59,304 nucleotides of DNA, taken from an uncultured Spartobacteria bacterium (GTDB lineage: Bacteria > Verrucomicrobiota > Verrucomicrobiia > Chthoniobacterales > UBA6821). The notes below the pieces were generated by a model. That model saw only the letters and a list, made by a program, of their open reading frames with translations. It was not told the DNA's origin and made no database searches. Position 1 is the stretch's first letter. Each line of letters begins with the position of its first letter. The DNA is taken from the NCBI GenBank assembly GCA_903858595.1, contig CAIOJL010000005.1, forward strand, positions 1 to 59,304, given 5' to 3'. This document shows positions 1 through 10,855 of this stretch, in pieces. Made by a program: the position numbers and the translations under genes.

Positions 1-105
1 GGTTGATGTGCTGTCGCCACGTTGGCCCTTGAGGAAGTTGCGACCGAGGGGGAAGTCGCTTTTGAGATGGCCGATGCGGGTATCGCCCAGCGCTCGCACC
101 TTCAA
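1..105 (-). CDS. partial CDS (first 35 codons, product unknown) running off the left edge
   Basis: The minus frame is open from TTG at 105 (or GTG at 99) to position 1, directly after an in-frame TGA. It reads LKVRALGDTRIGHLKSDFPLGRNFLKGQRGDSTST. Third codon positions are strongly C/G-biased, like the confident genes here. No homology recognised. Confidence 0.3.
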   Translation of the reverse strand, partial: MKVRALGDTRIGHLKSDFPLGRNFLKGQRGDSTST

Positions 106-161
106 AAATCATCAACTGTCATTCAGCGGCCATCATGAGATTTAATCAGCGGTTCCCGAGC

Positions 162-293
162 GGCGAAGGAGTTTTGGTGGGTGGCGCAGAGGAAGAGTGA
201 TGACTACCTTCAGGAAACCAGAGCGATTACGACAATGCTGCACACCAAAAGAACCAGCCGTAGAGTGTCATTTCTGATGGTGATTGGTATGAG
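162..293. repeat. copy 1 of a dispersed 132-bp element (partner at 17455-17586)
   Basis: Hand alignment to 17455-17586 gives 94/132 identical positions without gaps. This includes a 15-nt identical core, CCAAAAGAACCAGCC (245-259 = 17538-17552). The plus strand has AGAGGAAGA followed by ATG at 200 (25-codon mini-ORF 200-277). Confidence 0.8.
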
Positions 294-314
294 TTCAGGT
301 TGGACGCCTGAACT
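292..314 (-). terminator. hairpin downstream of the PBP1A stop (no U-tract)
   Basis: AGTTCAGG-ttggacg-CCTGAACT gives a perfect 8-bp stem starting 7 nt after the PBP1A stop (321-323). The lack of a T-run makes intrinsic-terminator function uncertain. Confidence 0.35.
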
Positions 315-320
315 TCACTG

Positions 321-2249
321 CTACAGTAACGGCCCCGCTGCGAAGTGATCGGACGCAGGCGACTGCATCACGTCCACCCAGATCGGAAGGGCGAGTTCGG
401 CTCCGTACCCGCCATGCATGATGGTCTTGGGATGGTCGAAGCCAACCCAGACGCCACAGGTGAGGCCTTGAGTATATCCAAGAAACCAGGCATCCACGAA
501 ATGGTCGGTCGTACCGGTCTTCCCGGCGGCCGGCTTGCGGAGTCCGAGTTCAGCAGACTTCGCCGCGGTGCCCCGCGTCATGACCTCGGTGAGGATTCTT
601 GTGGTGGTTCTGCTCGCCGCAGGATCGAGTGCAGCGATGCGGCCGTGGGTCGCCCGATAGAGCACGGTTCCCTCGCAGTCGGTGACCTGTTCGATTATGT
701 GCGGCTGGAGTTTTTTTCCTCCGGTGGCCAGCGCCGTGTAGGCCGTGGTGAGGTTCCTCAGCGTTGATTCGAAGCTGCCGAGGCAGATCGAGGGATAACG
801 AGGCACATGTTCGGCAAGGCCGAGACGCTCCATGGTGGAGGCGATGTCTCCCAGGCCCGTCTTCATGCCGACACGGGCACTCATGGTGTTCCGAGAGTGA
901 ATGAGCCCCTCCTTGGCCGGGAGATCGTTGCCGAAGGTCCCATCGCTATTCTGAGGATCATAGGCCGCAGAGCGGGGCGGCAGATCAGCAGAGGTGAGTC
1001 GGGCATCACTCACGGGTGTTTCCGGTGTGATGATGCCCCTGCGAAAGGCCTCCTCGTAGACAAAGGGCTTAGCCGAGGAACCGATCTGACGCATGGCAAC
1101 CAAGGCCCTGTTGTACTTGCTCTTTGCAAAATCACGCCCACCCACAATAGCCGTGATCCCGCCGTTGGCATTGTCGATGGCGAGGAGCGCCCCCTGGAGC
1201 GGCTCCGGTGAGTCTTCTGCTTTGGTTCCCTTGGCGACATGATGCTGCTGGCGGTAGTCGGGGCGCTGTTCGACTTCCATTAGGCGTCTAGCGACAGCGG
1301 TCTCGGCCGACTGCTGGAGTCCGGCATCAATCGTGGTGTCGATGCACAGGCCACCGGTATCGATCCTGTCCAAGGGCACTACCTGCTCCAGTTCGTGGAG
1401 GATCGCGTCGACAGCCCAGCTGTTCATGGGGTTAATGAGCCTTTGCTGGGCGGGGTTCATCGGCTCAGCTTCCGCCTTCTCAAGTTGGGCATGGGTAATG
1501 AAGTTCAGCTCCTCCATCCGTCCCAAGACGACATTACGCTGCCCGAGCGACGCATCAATATTGTTGAGCGGCGAGAACCTGTTCGGACTACGGATCAGTC
1601 CGGCAAGTAACGCCCCCTCGGAGAGATCCATGTCGGCGGCCGGTTTTCCGAAGTAAGCCTGACTGGCAGCCTCGACCCCGTAGAGGCCCGAGCCGAAGTA
1701 GATCCTGTTCATGTAGAGCTCCAAGATTTTCTCCTTACTCATTTCCATCTCGATACGGAAGGCCATGGCTGCTTCTAGGAACTTGCGGTTAAAAGTCTTC
1801 CCTCCGAGAGGGAAGCTGTTGCGTGCGAGTTGCTGTGTGATCGTGCTGGCCCCCTGCTTCATTCCTCCGAAGAGCAGGTTCCGCACGGCGGCACGGGCGA
1901 TACCCAATGGGTCGACTCCGTGGTGCTCGTAAAATCGCGAGTCCTCACGACTGATCAGCGCATTGACGAAATTCGGGGAGACCTTTTCGTAAGGGACGAC
2001 GATCCTATTCTCTCCGACCGTCCGACTGTAGAGGGTTCCGTTGCGGTCATAGATCTCCGAGCGCTGCAGCATCTGTCCGATTGTCGAGATGTCGAAGGTC
2101 AAGGCCCAGAGGTAGTAAAAAAGGCCGATAAGCATCCAGAAAAGGATTGCGGCAAAGCCGAGTTTGACCAGCGTGATGAAAAACGATCGATTCCGTCTAG
2201 GTGACTTTCTTTTTCCCTTGTTGAGAGCTGTTTTGGATCGTTTGTTCAC
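321..2249 (-). CDS. class A penicillin-binding protein (PBP1A family transglycosylase/transpeptidase)
   Basis: 642-aa ORF with an N-terminal TM anchor. It has the GT51 motif REDSRFYEHHGVD and the transpeptidase motifs SxxK (SSAKPF), SRN and KTGTT. Confidence 0.9.
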   Translation of the reverse strand: MNKRSKTALNKGKRKSPRRNRSFFITLVKLGFAAILFWMLIGLFYYLWALTFDISTIGQMLQRSEIYDRNGTLYSRTVGENRIVVPYEKVSPNFVNALISREDSRFYEHHGVDPLGIARAAVRNLLFGGMKQGASTITQQLARNSFPLGGKTFNRKFLEAAMAFRIEMEMSKEKILELYMNRIYFGSGLYGVEAASQAYFGKPAADMDLSEGALLAGLIRSPNRFSPLNNIDASLGQRNVVLGRMEELNFITHAQLEKAEAEPMNPAQQRLINPMNSWAVDAILHELEQVVPLDRIDTGGLCIDTTIDAGLQQSAETAVARRLMEVEQRPDYRQQHHVAKGTKAEDSPEPLQGALLAIDNANGGITAIVGGRDFAKSKYNRALVAMRQIGSSAKPFVYEEAFRRGIITPETPVSDARLTSADLPPRSAAYDPQNSDGTFGNDLPAKEGLIHSRNTMSARVGMKTGLGDIASTMERLGLAEHVPRYPSICLGSFESTLRNLTTAYTALATGGKKLQPHIIEQVTDCEGTVLYRATHGRIAALDPAASRTTTRILTEVMTRGTAAKSAELGLRKPAAGKTGTTDHFVDAWFLGYTQGLTCGVWVGFDHPKTIMHGGYGAELALPIWVDVMQSPASDHFAAGPLL

Positions 2250-2351
2250 TGAATTGGGAGAGGATAGTAAGGATCACTCCAGACTATCCATGATGGAACT
2301 TGATGACGAGTCGCAGTTCATCGGACGATCAGTTCATCACATCCGCGACCT

Positions 2352-3023
2352 ATGATAGAAATCCAGATATTGACCCCTATCCCATCGATCGCCGAGGGAG
2401 TTCTTGGCAAGAGCATTCTCGGTCGTGCCCAAGAGGCCGGACTTGTGAAGCTCGAGGCGGTAGATTTACGACGTTGGACCCACGACCGGCACCGTACGGT
2501 CGATGATGCCCCCTACGGGGGAGGGCCAGGCATGGTTATGAAGATCGAGCCAATTGCTGCGGCATTGGCAGAGCTTCGCCGGCCGGAGACCAAGGTTATT
2601 TTCCTTACCCCGCAGGGAAGACCACTTAGACAACAGATCGTCCACGAGTACGCCAAGGCGGAGCATCTGATTCTTCTCTGCGGGCACTATGAGGGGGTTG
2701 ATCAGCGTGTGGCCGACCACCTTGTTGACGATGAGATCTCGATCGGAGACTACATCCTCACCAACGGTGTGCTCGGGGCGCTCGCACTCACCGATGCAAT
2801 CGTGCGCCTTCTCCCAGGAGTCCTGGGTGATGACCAATCGGCTGTGACCGAGTCCTTTGAGACCGGCCTGCTTGATCACCCCCATTACACGCGTCCCGAG
2901 GAATTCCAAGGTTGGAAAGTTCCTTCCATCCTGCTTTCCGGAAATCACGGAGCGATCGCGACATGGCGAGCCGAGCAGGCTCTACAGGCTACAAAAAAGC
3001 GAAGGCCCGATCTCTTGACATGA
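2352..3023 (+). CDS. trmD: tRNA (guanine37-N1)-methyltransferase
   Basis: 223-aa ORF with TrmD-typical segments: HRTVDDAPYGGGPGMVMK, LLCGHYEGVDQRV, ISIGDYILTNG. Confidence 0.93.
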   Translation: MIEIQILTPIPSIAEGVLGKSILGRAQEAGLVKLEAVDLRRWTHDRHRTVDDAPYGGGPGMVMKIEPIAAALAELRRPETKVIFLTPQGRPLRQQIVHEYAKAEHLILLCGHYEGVDQRVADHLVDDEISIGDYILTNGVLGALALTDAIVRLLPGVLGDDQSAVTESFETGLLDHPHYTRPEEFQGWKVPSILLSGNHGAIATWRAEQALQATKKRRPDLLT

Positions 3024-3111
3024 CTCGCGCGGAAAGCCCTGGATCGCTGCCCTTAAATTAGGGGCCACAACTTCTGTTCATCCGCAACCACTTTGGTTAG
3101 TAGGTAGAATC

Positions 3112-5478
3112 ATGATACCAACCCGCGAAGTTCTCATCCTAGGCCACAATCACTTCGACCCGATGTGGAGGCGCTGCTTTCTGGCTGACGCCGTATATAA
3201 TGGGGTGACGGTAAAATCTTATGCAGATATCGAGGAGAAAGTGCTCAGTGCCTGGCTGAATCTGGCTCCGAGTGGTTACACCTTCACGGAAGGGCAGGCT
3301 GTGGTGCTGCGCGAATGGCTGCGGCGGGATCCCCTCCGGTTAGGCCAACTCAAGTCCGAGATCGCCCTCGGTCGTTTTAGTGTCGTCCAGGCCGGGGAAA
3401 CCGTGCAGGACAGCAACCTGCCGAGCGCCGAGGGGTTGGTGCGAAATTTCCTGGTCGCGCAGCCACTGTGGCGCGAACTGGGGGTTGAGAATACACTAGG
3501 TCTGGAGATCGCCTGGCTGGAGGACGCCTTTGGTAATAGCGCCAACTATCCGCAGGTGCTGCGAGGTGTCGGTTGCAAGGTAGCGGCCAAGCTGAGCTAC
3601 CGTGGCTGCCCGGACGAGGTGTGGGTTGGGATCGATGGCACGGCACTGCCGGTTCTCGACCATGTGCCCCAGCGCTACCACGGTAGCGTGGTGAAATATC
3701 CTCCCTGTGATTCCTGCGCCGGAACGGGGTGTATTGACTGCCAACACTCAGGACTTCGGTTGCTTCCTCTTCTTGATCAGGAAGTTTTTGAACGGGCCTT
3801 GCGCGATGCCATGACAGGAGCAGTATCAAGCGCTGCGGCCTTTCAGGGATGGGATGCAGCAGTCGTCGGATCCGAATTGCCAGCGCTCACCATTGGTGGA
3901 GAAGAGACGTTGCCTGAACAAAGCATTCTAGATGCCGTGGCGGCTGTTTCCAGTGAGTGCCCGCAAGGCGTATCCATCCGCTGGGCCACTTGGACCGACC
4001 TGTGGTTGAAGCATCGTGACCGCCTGCTGGCGAAAGCGGTGGCCAGCAATGGCACGGCGACGCCGGAACTGAATCCGGCTATGCCCGGCTGCATGGTGAC
4101 CCGCCGCCTGACCAAGACGCGCACCCGAGACGTGGCCTACCGATTGGTCGAGGCGGAATCTCATCTGGCGGATGAATCATGGAGAGGAGGAGCTCCGATT
4201 GCACCGCCGACCGATTTTGCCCGTGCTTGGGAGCAGGTGGCCTTTGCCCAGTTCCACGACGGCATCACCGGAACGCACATTGACGCGGCCAACCGCGAGA
4301 TGCTCCAATTCCTGGACGAGGCCGAGGCTGTGGCTGCGCCTCACCTGCCTGCAGTTCGTCCGTTTTCAGCAACGCCTTGGCGCCCTCACTCGGGCAATGA
4401 AGATACATTGCGCCTTGGGCATCTCGACTTGCGCTTCGATCGCTTGGGCATACTGTCAGTCTCTGTAAAAGGGCGCGAACTGTTGAGCGCCCAAACCGTG
4501 ACTCCGACCATGCACGCCCTGAGGATTGGCGAGCTGACATTGGAGAGCGATTTTGGCGATGCCTGGGGGCAGCGCATCTCGCCGCTGGGCGATTCATCCA
4601 TGCGCGGCCTCGGCGAATTCCACGATACCGTGGAGGTGACCGACGACGCCATCCGCTGGTGTGGTTGTTATCGGGGTGGCCACCGCAAGGTACACGCACT
4701 CACCTGGACCGTTGAGGTACGCGCCTCCGCCGACGGCGAACGCCTGGACTTCACCTGCTCCGTGGACTGGGACACGGAAAGCAAGCGCCTGCGCGCAGTA
4801 TTCCCGATGCCATGCCAGGATCCGTCATGGTTGGGCGAGATACCCTTTGGTTTCATCGAACGTCGCTTCGACGCCGCACTCACGGACTGGAGTCAGTGGA
4901 ATGCGCAACAGAACGAATATCCTATCCTGCACTGGGCCCAGCACCGCTCTCCCGATGGCAGCGCGGTGGCGCTGATCACTGACGGCCTTCCCTGCGTGCG
5001 CTGGCAACCGGGGCGCTTTGACCTCTCGCTGCTGCGCTCGCCGGAGTGGGAGTTCTGCTCCGTAGAACCCGCGCACTATGAGTTCTGGGACACCGACGGC
5101 CAGCGCGACACAGGTCGGCATGAGATGCGCTGGAGTCTCTGGCCAGCAGCCATGGCTCAAGAACCCACGGTGCTGACCGCAGCCGGTTATACATTCAACC
5201 GACCTAGCTTCGTGCAGCCTCCGTTCCGTATCAACGGGGAGGTAATCGCCACCGCGTGGAAACCTGCCGAAGACGGCGAGGCTTGGATTCTTCGATTGCA
5301 AGAAACATCTGGTAATGGCGGGGAGGTTTTCCTGGATTTTGCCGAGGAACGGACCGTGACTCCGTGCGACCTGTTGGAGCGGCCGGGTTTCGCCGGCTCG
5401 ATCGGCGTACCGGGTCAAGGACGGCACTGGTCAACCCGACTGCACCGGCACGGTATCCTGACGCTGCGAATCAGGTGA
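3112..5478 (+). CDS. GH38-like alpha-mannosidase family protein
   Basis: 788-aa ORF. The N-terminus LILGHNHFDPMWRR fits the GH38 HxHxDxxW metal site. FAQFHDGITGT is also GH38-like. No signal peptide. Confidence 0.6.
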   Translation: MIPTREVLILGHNHFDPMWRRCFLADAVYNGVTVKSYADIEEKVLSAWLNLAPSGYTFTEGQAVVLREWLRRDPLRLGQLKSEIALGRFSVVQAGETVQDSNLPSAEGLVRNFLVAQPLWRELGVENTLGLEIAWLEDAFGNSANYPQVLRGVGCKVAAKLSYRGCPDEVWVGIDGTALPVLDHVPQRYHGSVVKYPPCDSCAGTGCIDCQHSGLRLLPLLDQEVFERALRDAMTGAVSSAAAFQGWDAAVVGSELPALTIGGEETLPEQSILDAVAAVSSECPQGVSIRWATWTDLWLKHRDRLLAKAVASNGTATPELNPAMPGCMVTRRLTKTRTRDVAYRLVEAESHLADESWRGGAPIAPPTDFARAWEQVAFAQFHDGITGTHIDAANREMLQFLDEAEAVAAPHLPAVRPFSATPWRPHSGNEDTLRLGHLDLRFDRLGILSVSVKGRELLSAQTVTPTMHALRIGELTLESDFGDAWGQRISPLGDSSMRGLGEFHDTVEVTDDAIRWCGCYRGGHRKVHALTWTVEVRASADGERLDFTCSVDWDTESKRLRAVFPMPCQDPSWLGEIPFGFIERRFDAALTDWSQWNAQQNEYPILHWAQHRSPDGSAVALITDGLPCVRWQPGRFDLSLLRSPEWEFCSVEPAHYEFWDTDGQRDTGRHEMRWSLWPAAMAQEPTVLTAAGYTFNRPSFVQPPFRINGEVIATAWKPAEDGEAWILRLQETSGNGGEVFLDFAEERTVTPCDLLERPGFAGSIGVPGQGRHWSTRLHRHGILTLRIR

Positions 5479-5490
5479 GCGGGGCAAAAA

Positions 5491-5823
5491 CTAGGCCTTT
5501 TTAACGAAGCAGGCTTTGAGGCCGACAGCAATCCCGTCAACCTTGCAGGAAATCTCATGATCACCTTCGCCTAGTTTGATCGGCTTGGACTTGGACCCTC
5601 CCTTGAGGACAGAGGTGCCTCCCAGTTTAAGATCCTTGATCAGGACAACACAATCGCCGTCTGCCAAGACAACACCATAGACATCCTTGACGATGCGCGG
5701 ACCATCGGCAACTTCCTCTTCCGGGGCTTTCTTCCATTCGAAACCGCAGGTGACGCACTCCCACTTATCAGGGTGAGCGATCACTTCCTCCATCGTGCAT
5801 TCGGGGCAGGCTGGATTGGACAT
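5491..5823 (-). CDS. PhnA/YjdM-family zinc-ribbon protein
   Basis: 110 aa. N-terminal CPEC...CVTC zinc ribbon, with a C-terminal PhnA-type domain (VKDVYGVVLADGDCVVLIKDLKLGG...). Confidence 0.75.
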   Translation of the reverse strand: MSNPACPECTMEEVIAHPDKWECVTCGFEWKKAPEEEVADGPRIVKDVYGVVLADGDCVVLIKDLKLGGTSVLKGGSKSKPIKLGEGDHEISCKVDGIAVGLKACFVKKA

Positions 5824-5917
5824 AGGGAAAAATATGAAGAATGAGGGATGAAATTTAAGAGACCTATATATGTGCTATGGTTTCTTGAGCTTTCGACTCA
5901 AGCGTAGGCGGGAGTTG

Positions 5918-6178
5918 TTATGCGGCCACAACATCGACCCTCGGAGCAAAACCAAGTTTCCCAAGAAGAATTTCGCAATCCTCCCAGGTGAGGCCAAACG
6001 CCCTCACGTCGGCAACGCCTAGTCTCGCGACCACATCGGCCAGTGTCGAACTGTCCCTCTGATCAAGGGACCCATCCATCAAGACACTTTCAGACCAATC
6101 CACAAGTTGCCCCAGCGTGATCTCATGATGGAGATACGCAGCGATCTGATCTGCAACAATGGTCTTAGTAATCACCAT
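5918..6178 (-). CDS. small hypothetical protein (86 aa), second gene of a two-gene cassette
   Basis: ORF located 9 nt after the 6188-6424 ORF. It contains ...VARLGVADVRAFGLTWEDCEILLGKLGF..., which I remember as a recurrent small-protein family without a name I can assert. Confidence 0.5.
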   Translation of the reverse strand: MVITKTIVADQIAAYLHHEITLGQLVDWSESVLMDGSLDQRDSSTLADVVARLGVADVRAFGLTWEDCEILLGKLGFAPRVDVVAA

Positions 6179-6187
6179 CTCACATTA

Positions 6188-6424
6188 CTACACCTTCCGA
6201 TGGCCTCTATCCACAGGGAATTTCTCGTGAATTTCAATCAAACTCCCTTTCTCATCGTAGATCTCCTGCCAAAAGCGAACCGTATTTTCAGCAGCATCGA
6301 CCTCCTTCAGATAGCTCGCACTCCATCCGCTCCGTCCAGGCAGATCCAGTCGGTAGATGCGGTGGCTCGCGGAAAGTTCCGACCAATGCAGAAACTTTCT
6401 TTCATTCTCGGCACGGGAGCCCAT
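6188..6424 (-). CDS. small hypothetical protein (78 aa), first gene of a two-gene cassette
   Basis: ORF starting 15 nt after the IDH stop. The C-terminal motif is WQEIYDEKGSLIEIHEKFPVDRGHRKV. No confident family assignment. Confidence 0.5.
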   Translation of the reverse strand: MGSRAENERKFLHWSELSASHRIYRLDLPGRSGWSASYLKEVDAAENTVRFWQEIYDEKGSLIEIHEKFPVDRGHRKV

Positions 6425-6439
6425 GAATGAAAAAAGTGC

Positions 6440-8761
<2,322 letters not shown>

Positions 8762-8782
8762 TCACGCTATCCTAGTCTAACT

Positions 8783-10192
8783 ATGGGCAAAACGCTTCTT
8801 GATAAGGTCTGGGAGGAACATACCGTTCGCACGCTCCCCGATGGACGGACTCAACTTCTGATCGGCACCCACCTCATCCACGAGGTTACCAGTCCTCAGG
8901 CCTTCGGCATGGTGCGCGACCTTGGGCTGAAGGTTCTCTACCCCAACCGCACCTTCGCAACCGTCGATCACATCGTCCCGACCGATCAGCGCGCCGAACC
9001 CTTCTCCGATCCGCTTGCCGATGCGATGGTGAAGGAACTACGCAAGAATTGTGCCGAGAGCGGAGTCACCTTCTTTGACCTTCCTTCGGGGAATCAAGGT
9101 ATCGTCCATATCGTCGGTCCGGAACAGGGGATCACCCAGCCCGGCACCACGATCGCCTGCGGCGACTCCCACACCTCGACCCACGGAGCCTTCGGAGCGA
9201 TCGCCTTCGGTATCGGCACGAGCCAGGTGCGCGACGTCCTCGCCACCCAGACCATGGCGATCGGGAAGCCCAAGGTCCGCCGCATCAATGTCGACGGAAA
9301 GCTCGCCCCCGGCGTCTATTCCAAGGATGTCATTCTCCATATCATCCGTCACCTCGGGGTGAACGGCGGCATCGGCTACGCCTACGAGTTCGCAGGCTCG
9401 ACATTCGACGCATTCACCCAGGAAGAGCGGATGACCGTCTGCAACATGTCGATTGAGGGCGGGGCCCGAGTCGGCTATGTGAACCCGGACGAGACCACCT
9501 TCGAGTATCTGCGCGGCCGCCCCTACTCCCCTAAGGGAGCCGAGTGGGATGCGGCAGTCGCACGATGGAAGGCCGTGGCCTCGGACAAGGATGCCGTTTA
9601 CGACGACATCGTGAATTTCAAGGCCGAGGCGATTCTCCCGACGATCACCTGGGGGATTACCCCCGGACAGGCGATCTTCATCGACGAGGCGATTCCCAAT
9701 CCCGACGACCTCCCCGAGAAGGACCGCGCAACCGCCCATGAGGCTATCGAGCACATGAAACTCACGGCCGGCACCCCTGCTATCGGCATCAAGATCGATG
9801 TAGCCTTCCTCGGCAGCTGCACAAACGGACGCCTCTCCGATCTCCAGGAAGTTGCCAAGCATATCCGCGGTCGCAAGGTCGCCTCGCATGTGAAGGCAAT
9901 CGTCGTTCCCGGATCACAGGGAGTGGCCTCCGTTGCCGAGAAGATGGGACTTGCGGAGATCTTCCGTGAGGCCGGCTTTGAGTGGCGCGGTGCCGGTTGC
10001 TCCATGTGCCTTGGCATGAATCCCGACAAGCTCGTCGGGGACCAACTCTGCGCCAGCTCCAGCAACCGCAACTTCAAGGGCCGCCAGGGTAGTCCGACCG
10101 GACGCACCATGCTCATGAGTCCGATCATGGTCGCCGCCGCCGCTCTCACTGGCGAAGTCAGCGATGCTCGCAAGGTCTTCGGTATCCACTAA
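8783..10192 (+). CDS. leuC: 3-isopropylmalate dehydratase large subunit
   Basis: 469 aa, aconitase-family LeuC ([44 protein letters not shown]). Confidence 0.95.
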   Translation: MGKTLLDKVWEEHTVRTLPDGRTQLLIGTHLIHEVTSPQAFGMVRDLGLKVLYPNRTFATVDHIVPTDQRAEPFSDPLADAMVKELRKNCAESGVTFFDLPSGNQGIVHIVGPEQGITQPGTTIACGDSHTSTHGAFGAIAFGIGTSQVRDVLATQTMAIGKPKVRRINVDGKLAPGVYSKDVILHIIRHLGVNGGIGYAYEFAGSTFDAFTQEERMTVCNMSIEGGARVGYVNPDETTFEYLRGRPYSPKGAEWDAAVARWKAVASDKDAVYDDIVNFKAEAILPTITWGITPGQAIFIDEAIPNPDDLPEKDRATAHEAIEHMKLTAGTPAIGIKIDVAFLGSCTNGRLSDLQEVAKHIRGRKVASHVKAIVVPGSQGVASVAEKMGLAEIFREAGFEWRGAGCSMCLGMNPDKLVGDQLCASSSNRNFKGRQGSPTGRTMLMSPIMVAAAALTGEVSDARKVFGIH

Positions 10193-10222
10193 TATCACTT
10201 TAGCCTTTCACCTTTTCTTACA

Positions 10223-10831
10223 ATGGCCCTCGAAAAAATCACACAAGTCTCCGGATGCGGCGTCTTCGTCCCCGGCGATGACATCGACACCGACCGTATC
10301 ATTCCAGCCCGCTTCATGAAGTGCGTCACCTTCGACGGACTTGGAGAGTTCGCTTTTGCCGACGCCAAGCTTGCCGAGAAGGCCGCAGGACGGCTCCATG
10401 CCCTTGATGATTCGAGATTCAACGGAGCCACTATCCTGATCTCCGGATCGAACTTCGGCTGTGGCAGCTCCCGGGAGCATGCCCCTCAGGCCCTTTACCG
10501 CTACGGCTTCCGCGCCATCATTGCCGAGAGCTTTGCCGAGATCTTCTTCGGCAACTCGACGACACTTGGCATCCCCTGTGTGAAGATGTCCAAGAATGAT
10601 ATCGCCGATCTCGCGGCGCTCATCGAAAAGAACCCCTCCATTCAGGTGACCATCGATCTCACCGAGAGCAAAGTGACCACCGATGATGTAGATTTCGCCG
10701 CCGAGTTCTCGCTCCCGGGACATGCCCGTGAGCCTCTCATGAACGGCCGCTGGGATTCCATTGCCGATCTCGTCGATGGCCTCGAAGACGTGAAAACCCG
10801 GGTCGCCACGATTCCGTACCTGTCATGCTAG
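10223..10831 (+). CDS. leuD: 3-isopropylmalate dehydratase small subunit
   Basis: 202 aa located 30 nt after leuC. LeuD swivel-domain motifs are present (DIDTDRIIPARF, GSNFGCGSSREHAPQAL). TAG stop. Confidence 0.93.
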   Translation: MALEKITQVSGCGVFVPGDDIDTDRIIPARFMKCVTFDGLGEFAFADAKLAEKAAGRLHALDDSRFNGATILISGSNFGCGSSREHAPQALYRYGFRAIIAESFAEIFFGNSTTLGIPCVKMSKNDIADLAALIEKNPSIQVTIDLTESKVTTDDVDFAAEFSLPGHAREPLMNGRWDSIADLVDGLEDVKTRVATIPYLSC

Positions 10832-10855
10832 GGAAGCATGCCAAAGCCATGATCC

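Noticed and set aside
139-152. A 13-nt identity (GATTTAATCAGCG) between 139-152 and 16146-16158.
   Set aside because: Matches of this length are expected many times by chance in a 59-kb window compared against itself on both strands. There is no flanking similarity.
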